Shown here piece by piece: positions 12,685 through 25,264 of a stretch of 64,000 nt of DNA. The stretch is from Camelus ferus (lineage: Eukaryota). A program made the translations under genes and the position numbers. Each line of letters starts with the position of its first letter. Position 1 is the first letter of the stretch. The stretch is from NCBI RefSeq assembly GCF_009834535.1, contig NC_045707.1, forward strand, positions 61,010,001 to 61,074,000, given 5' to 3'. The notes under the pieces were generated by a model. The model made no database searches, was not told where the DNA came from, and worked only from the letters and a program-made list of their open reading frames with translations.

Positions 12685-13389
12685 TGATTATTCCCTCCTT
12701 AATCCCAGTATTCCGTTTTGTTAAAGCACAGCTTTCATCCTGCAGCTCTCTAGCTAGACCAGCTAGGATCGTTACTTCATAGTAACACAAAGAGCTAAAC
12801 ATATCAGGACAATGAAAAGGAGCTTTATTTTTGGTAACAGTCCAGGATGCTTGTAGATTGGAGGTGGGGCTCTGCTTCACAAAGTCACTGAGAGATCTGG
12901 CATCTCTGATACAGAACTTTCAAGGTTCCCCTGGGGGTGCCGTCCAAGTCAGCTGGAAGAGGAAAAGTGCAAGGAAGAATAGCTGTAAAAGCCCTTTATG
13001 GGCTAGCTCTTGAAGTGGGACACGCTATTTCCCCCCACGTTTTGTTGGCTGGTGCTCCACTGCATGGTCACACAGCTTCAAGGGAGTCTGGAAAGGCGGT
13101 CTACCTGTGCCCAGGGAGATGAGGAGATCGTGAAGTTGGGAGAAGACCTGGCAGCCTCTCCCACACCAGCTCAGACACCAAGAGGAGTTCTGCAGCCCTC
13201 GTGATCATCTAAAGAGCCCTCCACCTGGCTCCACAATCACTACTGCCCTGGACCCTCAGGGTACAGCTCGACACAGATCATTTGCTGTTTTTTGGCCCAG
13301 TTTCCTTGCGACATGTGTCATGTTCACAGATTCAGGTTCTTCCCTACCAGACTCTCCATACGTTGGCTTCAGATTCAGATTCAAATGAT

Positions 13390-13517
13390 GCTCATGGGTC
13401 TACCGTGTGCCAGGCGTTTCTACAGTCACACTTACAACCCTATGCAGCGAACATTACTATATCCATTTTATGGATGAAGAATCTGAACTCAGAGAGATGA
13501 AGTCATAACTTGCCCAC
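13390..13517 (-). mobile_element. MIR SINE
   Basis: gtgtgccaggc...acaaccctatg...ccattttatggatgaagaatctgaactcagagag. Confidence 0.8.
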
Positions 13518-14214
13518 TACTGTCCTCTTTCTTCCAGTCCCACAGCATTTAGATTATTTACCAAATCAGTTAGTCCTCAGTCCTCCCTGATTAAGAACAC
13601 ATCTTGCTTCCCCAATAAAAACAGAGTTAAAGCTTCCAGGTCAAGCATGGGGATTCTGTGTTTTTCAGACTCTTGATGGTTCTTACACAGAGTGGGGAAA
13701 GTCAGGATTACAAAACTCTTATTGATTTTTGATTTACTGATTGAGCTTTATAGCTTAGGTGTTAGCCTTTACTCAGACCAAACCCACGATTATTCAGAGC
13801 CTAAATTACCTAGAAACTTTCTCCTTTTTCTTCTGCTTGGTTCACGTTGAGAGAAATGCTGTGTCTTGATGAAGGGGATGTGTACTTTACCCAAAGCTTT
13901 CCCAGCCCTTCTTCCCCAGTCCTCCCATCACATGCTACATGAGTGTTGCTCTTGAAAAATGAACTTGAAGCAGAAAATCCCAGCTGTGATTTTTTTCTTC
14001 TCAACTTCCTGTGTTTGACGTGAGGTGCGTACACTGGAAATGCCAGCTCCTTGACCACCGAAAGGTGCTTGCAGTCTCTTTTGTGATCCCTTTAGCGGCT
14101 GGAAGGTTCCATGTCCTCAGAACCAGAGGCTCAAGACAGAAAACCAGCTGGGACTCAGATGCCAGTGACCCCAAGTGGCAGGTCGAGAGCAGAGAAATGG
14201 CAGCGGTGAGTTTG

Positions 14215-14364
14215 TTCACCGTTTTTAATTTTTTTACTTTATTTAAAATTTTTTTTTGGCAGGGGGAGGTAATTAAGTATTTATTTATTTAAATAGAGGT
14301 GCTGGGGACTGAACTCAGGACTCATGCATACTAAGCACACACTTTACCGCCTGCCCCCACCCCT
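14215..14364 (-). mobile_element. Camelid vic-1-type SINE with 15-bp TSD
   Basis: Reverse-complement body gggggaggtaattaag...gaggtgctggggactgaactcaggac; TSD gcagcggtgagtttg (14200-14214) / gcagtggtgagtttg (14365-14379). Confidence 0.9.
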
Positions 14365-14944
14365 GCAGTGGTGAGTTTGATTGCCTTTGTTGTGCTTCCC
14401 TCCCCTCCAGGGATTGGATTTTCATTATGATTATTTAAAGATATTTATGATAAAATAAACAGTTACAAATGTGAGCGGGATTGTGTTGCACTGGGGTTCT
14501 CTTTGGCTCGCTCTCTCTCACAGCTGCAAGTGTTGCCTCCTACATGTTATTAATTTAGAGGTAATCAGGTTTGCATCTGCAGCTGTGCAGCATATGTTTT
14601 CCTAAAACAGTCATGGCTACAGGCACCGGAACAATTAAGACTGGAAAAAATGCCAGCACTTCTTTCCCCCTCTTCTGATGAACTGGTAATGTTTTTCATT
14701 TGTTTCTTGGTTTCGTATGGTTTTATCATTAAAGGACAGCCAACATTTTGTGAGCATCTACTATGTATCTGAGCTAGTTGCTTTTCATAAATGTTATCCC
14801 ATCTAGACATACCATCTTGGTTTTTAAGATTGGTTCTAATTTTATTAGTATAGAGAGAGGCTAAGTTCTGAAATGCTGCATGGTAGGAGCCAGTAACATG
14901 AAGCCAGACAAGTAGGACACGTAAAATGATACAGTTGGACTGTT

Positions 14945-15125
14945 TTTTCTTTTAATTCTTATTTTTCATTAAAGTATAGTTGATTTACAATGTTAGTTTC
15001 AGGTGTACAGCAATATGATTCAGTTATACACACACACACACACATATATATTTTCTTCAGATTCTTTTCCATTACAGCTCATTATAAGAAATTGAATATT
15101 GTTCTCTGTGCTATACAGTAGGTCC
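14945..15125 (-). mobile_element. Young L1 3' end (cetartiodactyl/camelid type), 5'-truncated
   Basis: Poly-T then aagtatagttgatttacaatgttagtttcaggtgtacagc...tacagtaggtccttg; TSD ttggactgtt (14935-14944) / ttggactctt (15126-15135). Confidence 0.9.
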
Positions 15126-15777
15126 TTGGACTCTTACATCCAGGAAAAAGCTGATTAGATGTTGCCAGTTGAAAGTTGCTATTTCTTTTCCCAGTTTCAA
15201 CTGAGTTCTAAATTGTTCTCAGGTTACTTTGATAGAAAAGCCCCTATTGCTGTAATCTGTAGTCTGATTTCCGACACAAATACAAGAACTGTCTTTACTT
15301 TTTGGATAATCTTGTAGAATTTAACAGATTTCTTTGGAGTAGATTTTAGCTGAATTATGATGTAGAGATGATAAACCAGGAACAAGGCTTGTGTCAGAGA
15401 AGTTCAAAACTGCAGGATGTTCTTTTGATGTCTAAGCACCCCTGTTTCTTACTCCATTCAATGCAACCTGTTCATTCTTTTGCATTAAGTAAGAGTATCA
15501 ATACAAACAAAATTCCCTTGATGATTTACCTAGCTAAACTAACCCCAAGATGAAATTGTGCTTATTCAATAAATGTGCAATTTCATTTCATTTTTTTCTA
15601 TTTTAATTAGCTTTTCATTAGGTTTGTGAACATTAGTAAGCATGCTGACGTGCAAAAATGGTGATCAAAGCTCACGGATTGGCAGGCTACAGCCCTTGGA
15701 CAAATCCTGCCACCCCCTGTCCATTTGTTGACTTGTTGTCTATGGCCGCTTCTGTGTTACAAAGGCAGAGACAAATA

Positions 15778-16000
15778 CAGTCGTCCCTTGGTATCTGCAG
15801 GGATTGTTTCCAGGACCCACCATGATATCAAAATCCACAGATGCTCAAGTCTCATAATTGGTTCTCAATATCTTGGGTGCTACGTCCTCAGATTCAACCA
15901 GCTGAAGATCATATATACTGTAGTGCATATTTATCGGCAAAAAAAATCCATGAGTAAGTGGACCATGCATTTCAAACCCATGCCGTTCAAGGGTCAAGTG
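15778..16000 (-). mobile_element. MER8/Tigger2-like TcMar MITE
   Basis: Ends cagtcgtcccttggtatc and gttcaagggtcaagtg; preceded by TA and followed by TG (decayed TA TSD). Confidence 0.85.
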
Positions 16001-16029
16001 TGTTTGCTGAGCTGAATAGTTGCGGCAGA

Positions 16030-16207
16030 CAGGACCAGCTTCATGAGCGTGTGATGTGAGCATGTGTAGAGAGTCCCAGGTTTAGAAGAGTCTGGTTCTT
16101 GGTGTAATAGTCTGCTGAAGCTATCTTGAAGTTACAAATAATGTTTGAACAAGGGACCCTGCATTTTCATCTTTCATGGGGCCCCACAAATCACGCAGCT
16201 GGTCCAG
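16030..16207 (+). mobile_element. MER45A hAT-Tip100 MITE
   Basis: 178 bp; terminal inverted repeats caggaccagct / agctggtccag; 8-bp TSD gcggcaga / gtgacaga. Confidence 0.85.
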
Positions 16208-16324
16208 GTGACAGAGACTATGTGGCTGAAAAGCCAAAAATACTGTCTGGCTCTTTATAGCAAAAGTTTGCTGATTCCTGATTTAGCTGATCTTCTTTTT
16301 TTATATTGTAATTATTGAAATCAT

Positions 16325-16485
16325 TTAATGTGCATAAAATTACCTGGAGAGCATGTTTAAAATGTAAGCTTGAAGATTCTGGTTCAACAGAGGTCTCTTG
16401 TGTGACCCGGGGATCTACATTTATAAAAAGCCTCATGCTGGTCCTGATGTGGCCACTCCTCGGGCAACCCCTGGAGAAAACCTGG
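16325..16485. mobile_element. MER5-family hAT-Charlie MITE
   Basis: aattacctggagagcatgtttaaaatg...gatctacattt...ctggagaaaacctg. Confidence 0.6.
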
Positions 16486-17271
16486 TGGGGCCTTTCTTAC
16501 CTTGTATTTCGGCTTTCTCATTAGATAAAGGCTTACTGATTCACCTGCCACTAAATCCTCCCTTTTCCAATCCATTCTTTATACTGTGGTCAGGTTAATC
16601 TCCTCCCCCAGACACTATTTCTGACATCTTGCTGCCTTGCTCGAGATCTGTTAATAGATAACTGATCTCTGCAGAATAACACCCTAATGCATCTGTATGG
16701 CATTCGAGAGCCTCCCACACTGCCTTCCACAAAGTCCCTTTCCAAGTGTTTCTCATCGCAGTCCTGCACAGAGGCAGCACATGACAGAATCAAAAGCAAA
16801 TTCCTGTTTACACATTCAAATTTAACCACTGACCCCCTCTGGTCAGTTTGGACTTCTGGAACGCCTGTTGTCTGAAATACTCATTTAGCACTAAATTTGT
16901 GCAACTTGGTATTGTTAAATTTTTTTTTCTGTCTTGTCATCCAAGCTAAAAATGAACTTCTTGAAAGCAGAGGATTTGGATATCTCACAAGTATGTCACA
17001 CCAAGAATCTCGTATATCACACATTGCTTGCACCAACGGTCTTGGGTAGCCCATCGTGCCTTTCACTGAGAAGTCCCCAAGTACCTCATCATTCTTAGAC
17101 CCCTGAGAGTGGCTCCTCTTGGCTGAGTCTGGGACAGGATCTCTGGCCTTAATAGAGTTGGAGACACTCTCCCTAGGGAAGAAGGGAATTTTGGAAGTTG
17201 GCTTCTTAGATGATTTTCTGGAAAAGCACACATTGCAGTCTGACTTCGAGTAAACTTCAGCCATTGTCCAT

Positions 17272-17360
17272 TTTTCAAGTTGTTGTTAGAAAACATATAA
17301 CACAAAAGTTACCATCTTAACCATTATTATAAGTGTTATGTATATTCACATTGCTGTGAT
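17272..17360 (-). mobile_element. Old L1M 3' end fragment
   Basis: aaacatataacacaaaagttaccatcttaaccatt...tatattcacattgctgtg. Confidence 0.65.
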
Positions 17361-17391
17361 GTAGAACAAGCATGTATTTTTTTAACCTCAA

Positions 17392-18188
17392 AAATATTTA
17401 GCTATCCAGAATATATGACAAACTCTCACTAATTAATAATAAGAGAGCAAAAAAAAAAATCATCCAATTAAAGAAAAAGAGCTAAGGTTTAAGTGAATTA
17501 AAATTAAAACCACAATAAGATAACCTATTAGAATGGCTTCAAAACAACTCAAAATACCAAATGCCGAGAAGAATGTGGATTTAGTGGAACTCTCATCCAT
17601 TGCTGGTGGGAATGCAGAAAAGGCAACCAACTTGAAAAAACTAGTTGGTACTTTGTAGTAAGTTAACCTACACTTACCATATTATCCAGCACTCCCAGTG
17701 TTAGATATTTACACAAGAGAAATGATGACATATGTCCACACAAGAACCTATGTATGGATGTTTACTAAACAGCATTATTCATAGTCATCTGAAACTGGAG
17801 GCAACTCAAATGTCTATCCATGATGAATAGATAAACAAATTATAGTGCATTCATACTGTGGAAACTACTTTAAAAAAAATGGAGTACCAATGGATGCGAC
17901 AACATGGATGGATTTCAGATGTGTTATGCTAATTGACAGAAGCCGGGCTCAAAAGCTATCTTATGTGATTCCTTTAATGCAGCTCTTGGGGAAAGCAAAA
18001 CTATAGGGACAGACTGGGATCTGGGACCTGGGGGAGAATCAACTGTAAATTTTGCAGCGGAATCGTCTATATCTTGATTGCAATGGTGGCTACACAACTC
18101 ATGATTGTTCAAATTCATAGAACTCTACTCCTAGTAAAGTCAGTTTTTGCTGTAAGTAAATTGTAGTTCAGTTGACCTAGCTTTAAAA
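17392..18188 (+). mobile_element. Old L1 (L1MC/L1ME-like) ORF2 end and 3'UTR
   Basis: aaattaaaaccacaataagata, ggaactctcatccattgctggtgggaatgc, cacttaccatattatccagcactccca, caactcaaatgtctatc. Confidence 0.9.
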
Positions 18189-18279
18189 ATCCTCCAGCTA
18201 TTTAATACTTCAAATAGTTGGCCACTTAATTTACAGTGTTGCTATCAAAAACAGCTGAATTGGGTAGGAAAGTCTAATA

Positions 18280-18407
18280 TATAGGTAGATCTTAGTTTGC
18301 CCTGGACAGTCCAAGTTAATGCTTGTTTTCCTGGTGATCCAATTGGTTAAACATTTGTCCCAGACAATAGAGACCTGGTTTGGATGACAGATGATACAAT
18401 CATGTTA
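18280..18407 (-). mobile_element. MER94-like hAT-Blackjack MITE
   Basis: gtttgccctggacagtccaagttaatgcttgtt...cctggtttggatga. Confidence 0.7.
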
Positions 18408-18569
18408 GGGTTAGGTGATGTTGTCATGGTAATTCAGACAAACTCTTGAGATACCAGGCCATTAAGCAGAGCATTCAAGAGTCTTAGACCAGTGCTAACC
18501 TTTCTTCCAAGGAAAAGTATAAGTTAGAGCAGATTCTCAGTGGCCTTCTGGCTCAGTCTAACTGATAAA

Positions 18570-18780
18570 TTATGTGGCACAGGCTTTGGAGGCCAGTAGC
18601 TTTAGGACTAAATACCAGAACAGCTCCCAAGTAAGTGGGCAGGGTATTTAATCTAAATAATCTCACCTGGAAAGTAGGAATTTTAATACCTGACTTGCAG
18701 AGGTGTTGTTAAAAAAAAAAGTGACTTAGCATTTAGCAAATTGCATGGCACAAATTCAGTGCTCAGTGGTTGCTATGATC
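18570..18780 (+). mobile_element. MIR SINE, degenerate
   Basis: caggctttggaggccag...tctcacctggaaagtaggaattttaatacctgacttgcagagg...catggcaca. Confidence 0.55.
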
Positions 18781-20270
18781 ACTGTTGTCACTTGTTGTTG
18801 TCATGGTTGTCATCATCACCCTTCCCTGTGAGTTAAGAGGACTTTTCCACTTGCGATGGGTGGCCTTACCACACTGAGGGCAATTAGATTGTGCCACAGA
18901 AATGTGCACAGTTTCCATTCACTTCAATCACTTGTGCTTTGGTATTTGCTGCCTCTCAACTTGCCCATGAAGTGGACTTGTTGAAGATTTGTCCCTCACT
19001 TAAAACCAGGTGCCTCCCTCCAGAATTACTGGTATTTCCAAGTGTTTCCCCTCTCCCTGGCTGTCCATTTGCTGGTTGCTTATTGTCTGGTGATTTCAAG
19101 ACAGAGTGAAATCTATTTCAATCATTTCGGGAATGCAGCACACCCAAGGTGTAAGACAGCAAGAAGCCTGCTTCACCTGTGCCCTCGCTTGGTTGCTCTG
19201 AGTGCGGTCAGATCACTAGTAGGACACTCGAGTTAGTGAGTCAAGATAGTCAAAGAAAGTTTGAAATTCAAGTATGATTCATTTGAACCTGTGGAGAAAG
19301 ATGGTTGCTTAATATTCTATTGGGAGCCCACAAGATGAGCCACCATGATCCTCAGGCAGCTGAACAATCGAACAAGGGTTTTCTCTGGAGCAATAAATAA
19401 GCACTGTGTTAAGGTATAGATGGGGAAGAAGAAGAGACATAAGCTCCAGAAGCAGCTCTGAAGGACTTTACACCTTGGCTGGGGAGACAAAATGAAAACA
19501 CACAAATCCAGGGAATAATGACACGGAGTAGAATTAAGTGCTGCCTGTCATGGAAAGCCGTACAATCATGATGAGAATAACAATAATAACAGACGTTGGT
19601 TAAAGGAGAGACAATATAATTGAGAAGTGGTAGGGCAGGTATTTAAAAGCTCCCCTTTATATGACTTTAGTGTGTTTTGACATGTGATTTAAGAAATTAA
19701 TTTCTGTCGCCAACTGTAATTTCAGTAACATCCTAGTCTGGTACCGAAGCTGACCCAGAGCAGTTCATGTGGCCAGGATTTAAAGCTAAATTCAATTCAT
19801 TATTAGCAGATGCAAGGTTGATCGGAGTGGGAGATAGCTGAGGTAGGGAAATAGAATACTTTCCAAATTTTCAAAAGGCCTTTGTGTGAACTTTTAATAG
19901 TAAGCTCTGATGGAAACTTCTGGGTTTTTTTTGTTTGTTTTAATAAATTATGGGAATTCTACTTTGCCATGATGGAGACGGGAAGCAGAAGTTGTTAAGA
20001 GGAAGCTTCAAAGGGCAAATGAATCCTTGCCTTTGATAGTTTGTCTCAGATAAAGTTGCTTTCTGCTAAAAAAGAAAAGAAAAGAAAAAACCCAAAGACC
20101 AAAGAAAACTGCCTGCAAGAGTGTTTGATACAAGAGTGATGCAAACACACGCTGAGCCCCTTCCACACCAAAGTTGTATGTGTTTGATTGGAAACAGTAA
20201 AGTGTCAGTGAGTGAAGTCCTACACTTCTATATCTTTATATGTTGCTATAATTTAAAAATATATGCAATG

Positions 20271-20898
20271 CTGGCGGGAGAGTAAAATGATGCAACCATT
20301 GTGGAAAACAGTATGGCAGTTCCTTAAAAAATTAAACAGAGGATTACCATATAAACCAGCAGTTCCATGTCTGGGTGTATCCATAAAAGAAATGAAAGCA
20401 AGGACTTGAATAGATATTTGTACACCCATGTTCATAGCAACTTTATTCACAAGAGCAAAAAGTGGAAACAACCCAGATGTCCATCAGTGGATGAATGAAT
20501 AAACAAAATGTGACTTACACATATAATGGAATGTTATTCAACCTTAAGAAGGCAGGAAATTCTAATACATGCCACAACATGGATGAAACTTATGGATGTT
20601 ATGCTACGTGAAATAAGCCAGGCACAGAAGGACAAATATTGTATGGTTCCACTTACCCGAGGTACTTAGAGTAGTCAAAGTCATAGAGACAGAAAGTAGA
20701 ATGGGGAGAATGGGGAGTTATTGATTAATGGGTAATTTCAAGTTAGGAAGAAGCTCTGGAGATGGATGGTGGTAATGGTTGCATAACAATGTGATTGTAC
20801 TTAATGCCACTGAACTGTACTCTTAGAAATGGTTAAAATGGTTTATGTTATTTATATCTTAGCATAATAAAAAACCCCAGACATTTCACATAAAAAAA
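20271..20898 (+). mobile_element. L1MB-like LINE-1, ORF2 end and 3'UTR
   Basis: gtggaaaacagtatggcagttcc, tacacccatgttcatagca, atagagacagaaagtagaatg, gtacttaatgccactgaactgtac, aataaaaaa. Confidence 0.92.
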
Positions 20899-22586
20899 AT
20901 GCATACGCAATGAGTTTTTCCTTGAATAAACAGCTCCTTTTCTTATAGTGCATAGATGAGAATAAAAAGCGTTCTGTCCGATTCAGTCAAGCATTCCTGT
21001 GGGAATTCTAGTTAGTTAGATTACAGTGTCAAGCCAGGCAGTGGCTCCTGTGATGGGAGATAAAGAGCCTTGGGGATTTTAGTCTTGTAAACCCAAACCT
21101 AGACGTGATGAGATATAAAGTGCAGCACCTTTATTGATAATTGTTTATGAGTGTGTGGAATACATGGTACAGGTGTGTGGAAAACAATGGGTAAAGGCCG
21201 GCAGGCAGGAATGAGTATGTGGTGGTGGAGGAAGGGGTCAAGGGGCAGTAAAGAAACCATCCTGATTGGAGGGAAGATAATGTCAAAGCAACTAGCCAGT
21301 CAAAAGAATGGGTTGTGTGAGGTCAGGCTGCGAAGGGAGTTCAGGTTTGGTGTATAAGTGATAGGCTTCCACAGCAGATTCTTATTCTGAGTTTTTGGGC
21401 AGTGCTTATATCAAAATAGGAATCCTTCCCAATGGTGAGATTGTATTCTTTAGCAAAGGTATGCCCTTCAGCCTTCAGAATTCTTCATCCCTCTTGTAAG
21501 GTCTCTGCTATGTACAAAGATTCTTTAAAATGCATAGCTTCATGCATGGAAGAATGAAGCCATTGCAAAGAAGGCGAATTCTATTTGCACAGCGCACAAT
21601 GAGTGCACTCCAGTGATCTTAGTAAATGACAAAACTGATAACCGGGTTCTTGAAACCCATTCCTGTGACAAACTCAATGCCATTTCTAGTTATCTGATTG
21701 GCTTTTTTTTTTAAAGGCTGAGGTGAAGGTCACGATGCATTGACTTGTGGCATAAATATAAATGTTTCCTTTACTTTTTTCTTCTGACATCATATACTAG
21801 CTAGAGACATGGAGACTTTTTGTTTGATTTGGAGAAGGCAGTGTATTTACCAATGGCTGAAGAGTGATTAAGAAATAATGTAACTTCAAAGAGTGTGTGG
21901 AGAGAGGCCTAGATAAAGATTGCCTAGATCTCCTCTAGATATTATGGGAAGTTGACTTAGGTTAAATTTGAACAAGTCCTGTTGGATAGGTCATTGAAAG
22001 TTAAGAATAAGCTTAAGTGTCTCAGGTGTTGTAAAAACATTGTCTACAATGGTAGTCCCTTGCACTGGGTAAGAAGCTGACTCTGTTGTCAGGATCTTGT
22101 AATAAAAGATCACAATAAATTGTGAATCCCAGTGTTTGAAAACTGCTTGCTCCTAATTCATAGGTGTATGTGTACCATTTGTCAAATACTGCAGTTAATC
22201 AAGGCAGAGTGAACCATTCGAGTGTAATCAATAAATACTACTAATAAAGGGAAAGCGGCCTTAAAACAAATGTCTACAGGGATAGGCCATATGTTGGTGA
22301 AAATTGCTATTAATTTTCGGGGGTTACTGAGAACAAGGCTCAATCAGATTTCTTCTTTTTGGCTAATGAAAAGCTAACATGAATTATGATAGTGCAGAAA
22401 AGGGCCAAAGTAGAGTTTCCGTTTCCAGCAGAGCCACAAAAAATTTTTAAAGGGTAGAGAGCGCTCAGCATTTGTCATTTGTCATGAAGCCCAGGTTTCA
22501 GTTTAGCATGGCTAAAAGTTCTTTGCCAAAAAGTAAAGATGGGAAAATTTTTACTTTCCTTTTCAGGCTATTGTGTTGATATAGAT

Positions 22587-22934
22587 CGGCATTCTCCAAT
22601 ATGGTAGCCACATGTACCCACATGGGGCCATTGAACACTTGGAGTGTGGCTAGTCTGCACTGAAATGTGCTATGACTATAAAATATACACACTGGTTTCT
22701 ACATTTTTTTGGTACAAAATACATAGAATATCAAATGTAGAATATCTTATTGATGATTTTTTAATATGATTTCATTAAAATGACATTTCAGTTATATTAG
22801 ATAAATGCTAAATAAGTTACTAAAAATAAGTTATTAAAATTAATTTCACCTGTTCCTATTTACTTTTTAATACATTTACTAGGAAATTCAAATTACAGAA
22901 CTGGCTTGTATTACATTTTTATTGGACAGCCCTG
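22587..22934. mobile_element. MER33-like hAT-Charlie MITE
   Basis: tccaatatggtagccac...gtggctagt...attaaaattaatttcacctgtt...ttattggacagccctg. Confidence 0.85.
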
Positions 22935-23672
22935 GTGTGGATGGTACCACATTGACTATAAGCACTAATATTTTTCACTGATACATTTCATTCTGCTAGT
23001 ATAGCTGTAATAAGCTGAAACTCAGTAACAAAGTAGGAATCAGACTTTTTAACCTCTAAATTATTGTATTAAAAAATTAACTGTTTTATCTTAACAGAGG
23101 TTTTAAAAAATACCCAATGTGGTTATACTTCATCCAGTGTCTTGCATTTGTTTAATTTTTTTTTTTTTTAGTGTGCTGTCATAATGATAACTTGCTATTC
23201 TTTGGAAGAATTAGATCAGATGATTAAATCCCCTTCTGAGCATTTAGAAGGGGGCAGCCAAAGAAAGCTGATTTGAATACAGGGAATAAACAGTAATTAA
23301 ACTGTAAATGTTGATTTTCTTTTGAAGTCCACTGGCGTGTTTGGTGTGAATAAAGAGCACATTGTCAGTAATTCTTTCTGCTGCCACAGTCAGGGCACGT
23401 GAGAATCTGAGAATCAATGAAACGCTGCATTAAATTGGGGAGTTTCCCAGGGCTGCTGAACTGAAACTTCCTTTGTTTATATTAAAGTCTAGATAATTTT
23501 TTTCTCAAACAGTACACATTGATTTTAGATATAATCTTGAGAGGTTTTTTTTTCCCCTTCAGACTCATCTACTTCACTATCTGGAGAGGAAATTTGAAAA
23601 CCTGGAGATGAGGTTTCTCACCAAAAGCCAAAAAAGGCTTATTTCACTGTCCATTTTGGGGAAATTTTTAAA

Positions 23673-23854
23673 CAGTAGTTCTCAGCCTCAGCTGTTTTTC
23701 AGATTCACCTGGGGAGCATTTTAAGACTCCCAGGGTCCAGGCTGCACCCCAGATCAATGATAGGAGATACTCCAGGATAGGATCTGGGGACTCAGTAAGG
23801 CATTGTTAATGCTCCCCAAGTGATTCCAATGTGAAACCAGGCTGCAAACCCCTG
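23673..23854. mobile_element. MER5A/MER5B-like hAT-Charlie MITE
   Basis: cagtagttctcagcc...attcacctggggagc...gctccccaagtgattccaatgtg...gcaaacccctg. Confidence 0.8.
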
Positions 23855-24442
23855 CTGTGTTAACAGCCTAAGACAGACACCTGTGTTCACCAGAATTTTC
23901 CAGAGGACTCAGGGAAACTGGCTTGCAGTGTGTGGATGAGTTAAGTTTCTAAGTGGCTTTTTTCCCTCTAATTGAAAATTGGAAGGGCTGTACACTGGCT
24001 CATCCTGATGCATACAGCAATGTACACTTTTCTTATGCTGTAACATAAACACCGAAGAGGCTTTGATGATTATAAAACTGTCAACCGTTCCATGATTAAC
24101 TGGACTTGCATATTCAGGATAGGTGACACAGGCACTGGTCCCTTACAGACACACACACAACACACACACACCTGTACACAAAGTCAGGCTGTTATCCACT
24201 GCAAATGTGTTTTCACAAGTTATTTATCACAATATTAACAGTTTCAGCCGTATTCTAAAGAGGACGTTTTCAGCTGGGTGAGTAAGACAGGGATTGTATT
24301 GAATTATTTTGGGTTGGGTTGGGCATTACCAACTTTGCAAATATAATTATTATGATGGAAACTACATTTTTCCATTGTGAAACAATTTGGTTCTATTGCA
24401 TTTAAGGCCTTCAAAAGGAGTTCATGTGGTGAAAGGATTTTT

Positions 24443-24618
24443 TAAAAAATTTTTATTGAAGTGTAGTTGATTTACAATGTTAGTTTCAGGTGTGCAGCAA
24501 AGTGATTTAGTTATACACATACACACATATATATTTCTTTTCAGATTCTTTTCCATTATATGTTATTACAAGAAATTGAATATAGTTCCTGGTGCTATAT
24601 AGTAGGTCCTTGTTTATT
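24443..24618 (-). mobile_element. Young L1 3' end, 5'-truncated
   Basis: ttttattgaagtgtagttgatttacaatgttagtttcagg...agtaggtccttg; near-identical to the copy at 14945; decayed TSD tggtgaaaggattttt / tggcaaaggtatttta. Confidence 0.9.
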
Positions 24619-25264
24619 TGGCAAAGGTATTTTATAAACTGTAAAGCACTAAGCAAGGTGAGCTAAGGGATTCTATACATTTTGTGAAGTTTGAAGTTTT
24701 CATCTTTAAGATCAGTATCAAATGAAACAATCCCTGTTGTGGGGAGCCAAGAAATGTAATTTATTCTGGGGTTGCTCTACTGGGAGTGGGGTGAGCTTCT
24801 TTTAGTCATCTCAAAATGGGTGGAGGGCAGAGTATAAAAGTCCTTGAATCAGTGGCAATCTGGTGTTTTATTATTTATTATCAACAGCTTCGAGAGGTTC
24901 GTTCATCCATTTAGTCATTTATTCAACAAGTATTCATTGACGGTCTGCTAGGTGTCAGGTAGTGTTCTAGGTACTAGAGATAGATACAGCAGAGAACAAA
25001 GCAGAACAACAACAAAAAAACCAACCCTACTCTCATGGAGTGTGCATTTTAATTGGGAGAGACTAACAATACATGAGTATATTTTAGAGAAAAAGAAAGA
25101 GAAGAAAGAGATTGTAATTTCTCACGTGACTAGCACCAGCGTCCCCCAGGTGATATTTGAGCAAAAGATTGCAGTAGGTGAGGGAGTGAGTCACACAAAT
25201 ATCAGAAGAAGGGTGTCCAGGAGGCAGGGACAAACAGTACAAAGGGCTTGAGGTGTGGTACTCC

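Larger units (their letters stand above)
15673..16280 (+). mobile_element. MER58A hAT-Charlie MITE, interrupted twice
   Basis: Colinear pieces ttgtctatggccgcttctgtgttacaaaggcagag / gctgaatagttgcggcaga / gactatgtggctgaaaagccaaaaat...aaaagtttgctgattcctg. Confidence 0.85.

Noticed and set aside
23545..23615. Strong splice acceptor (ttttttccccttcag) followed by an open frame
   Set aside because: No convincing donor follows, the frame runs into a MER5 element, and the peptide is unrecognised
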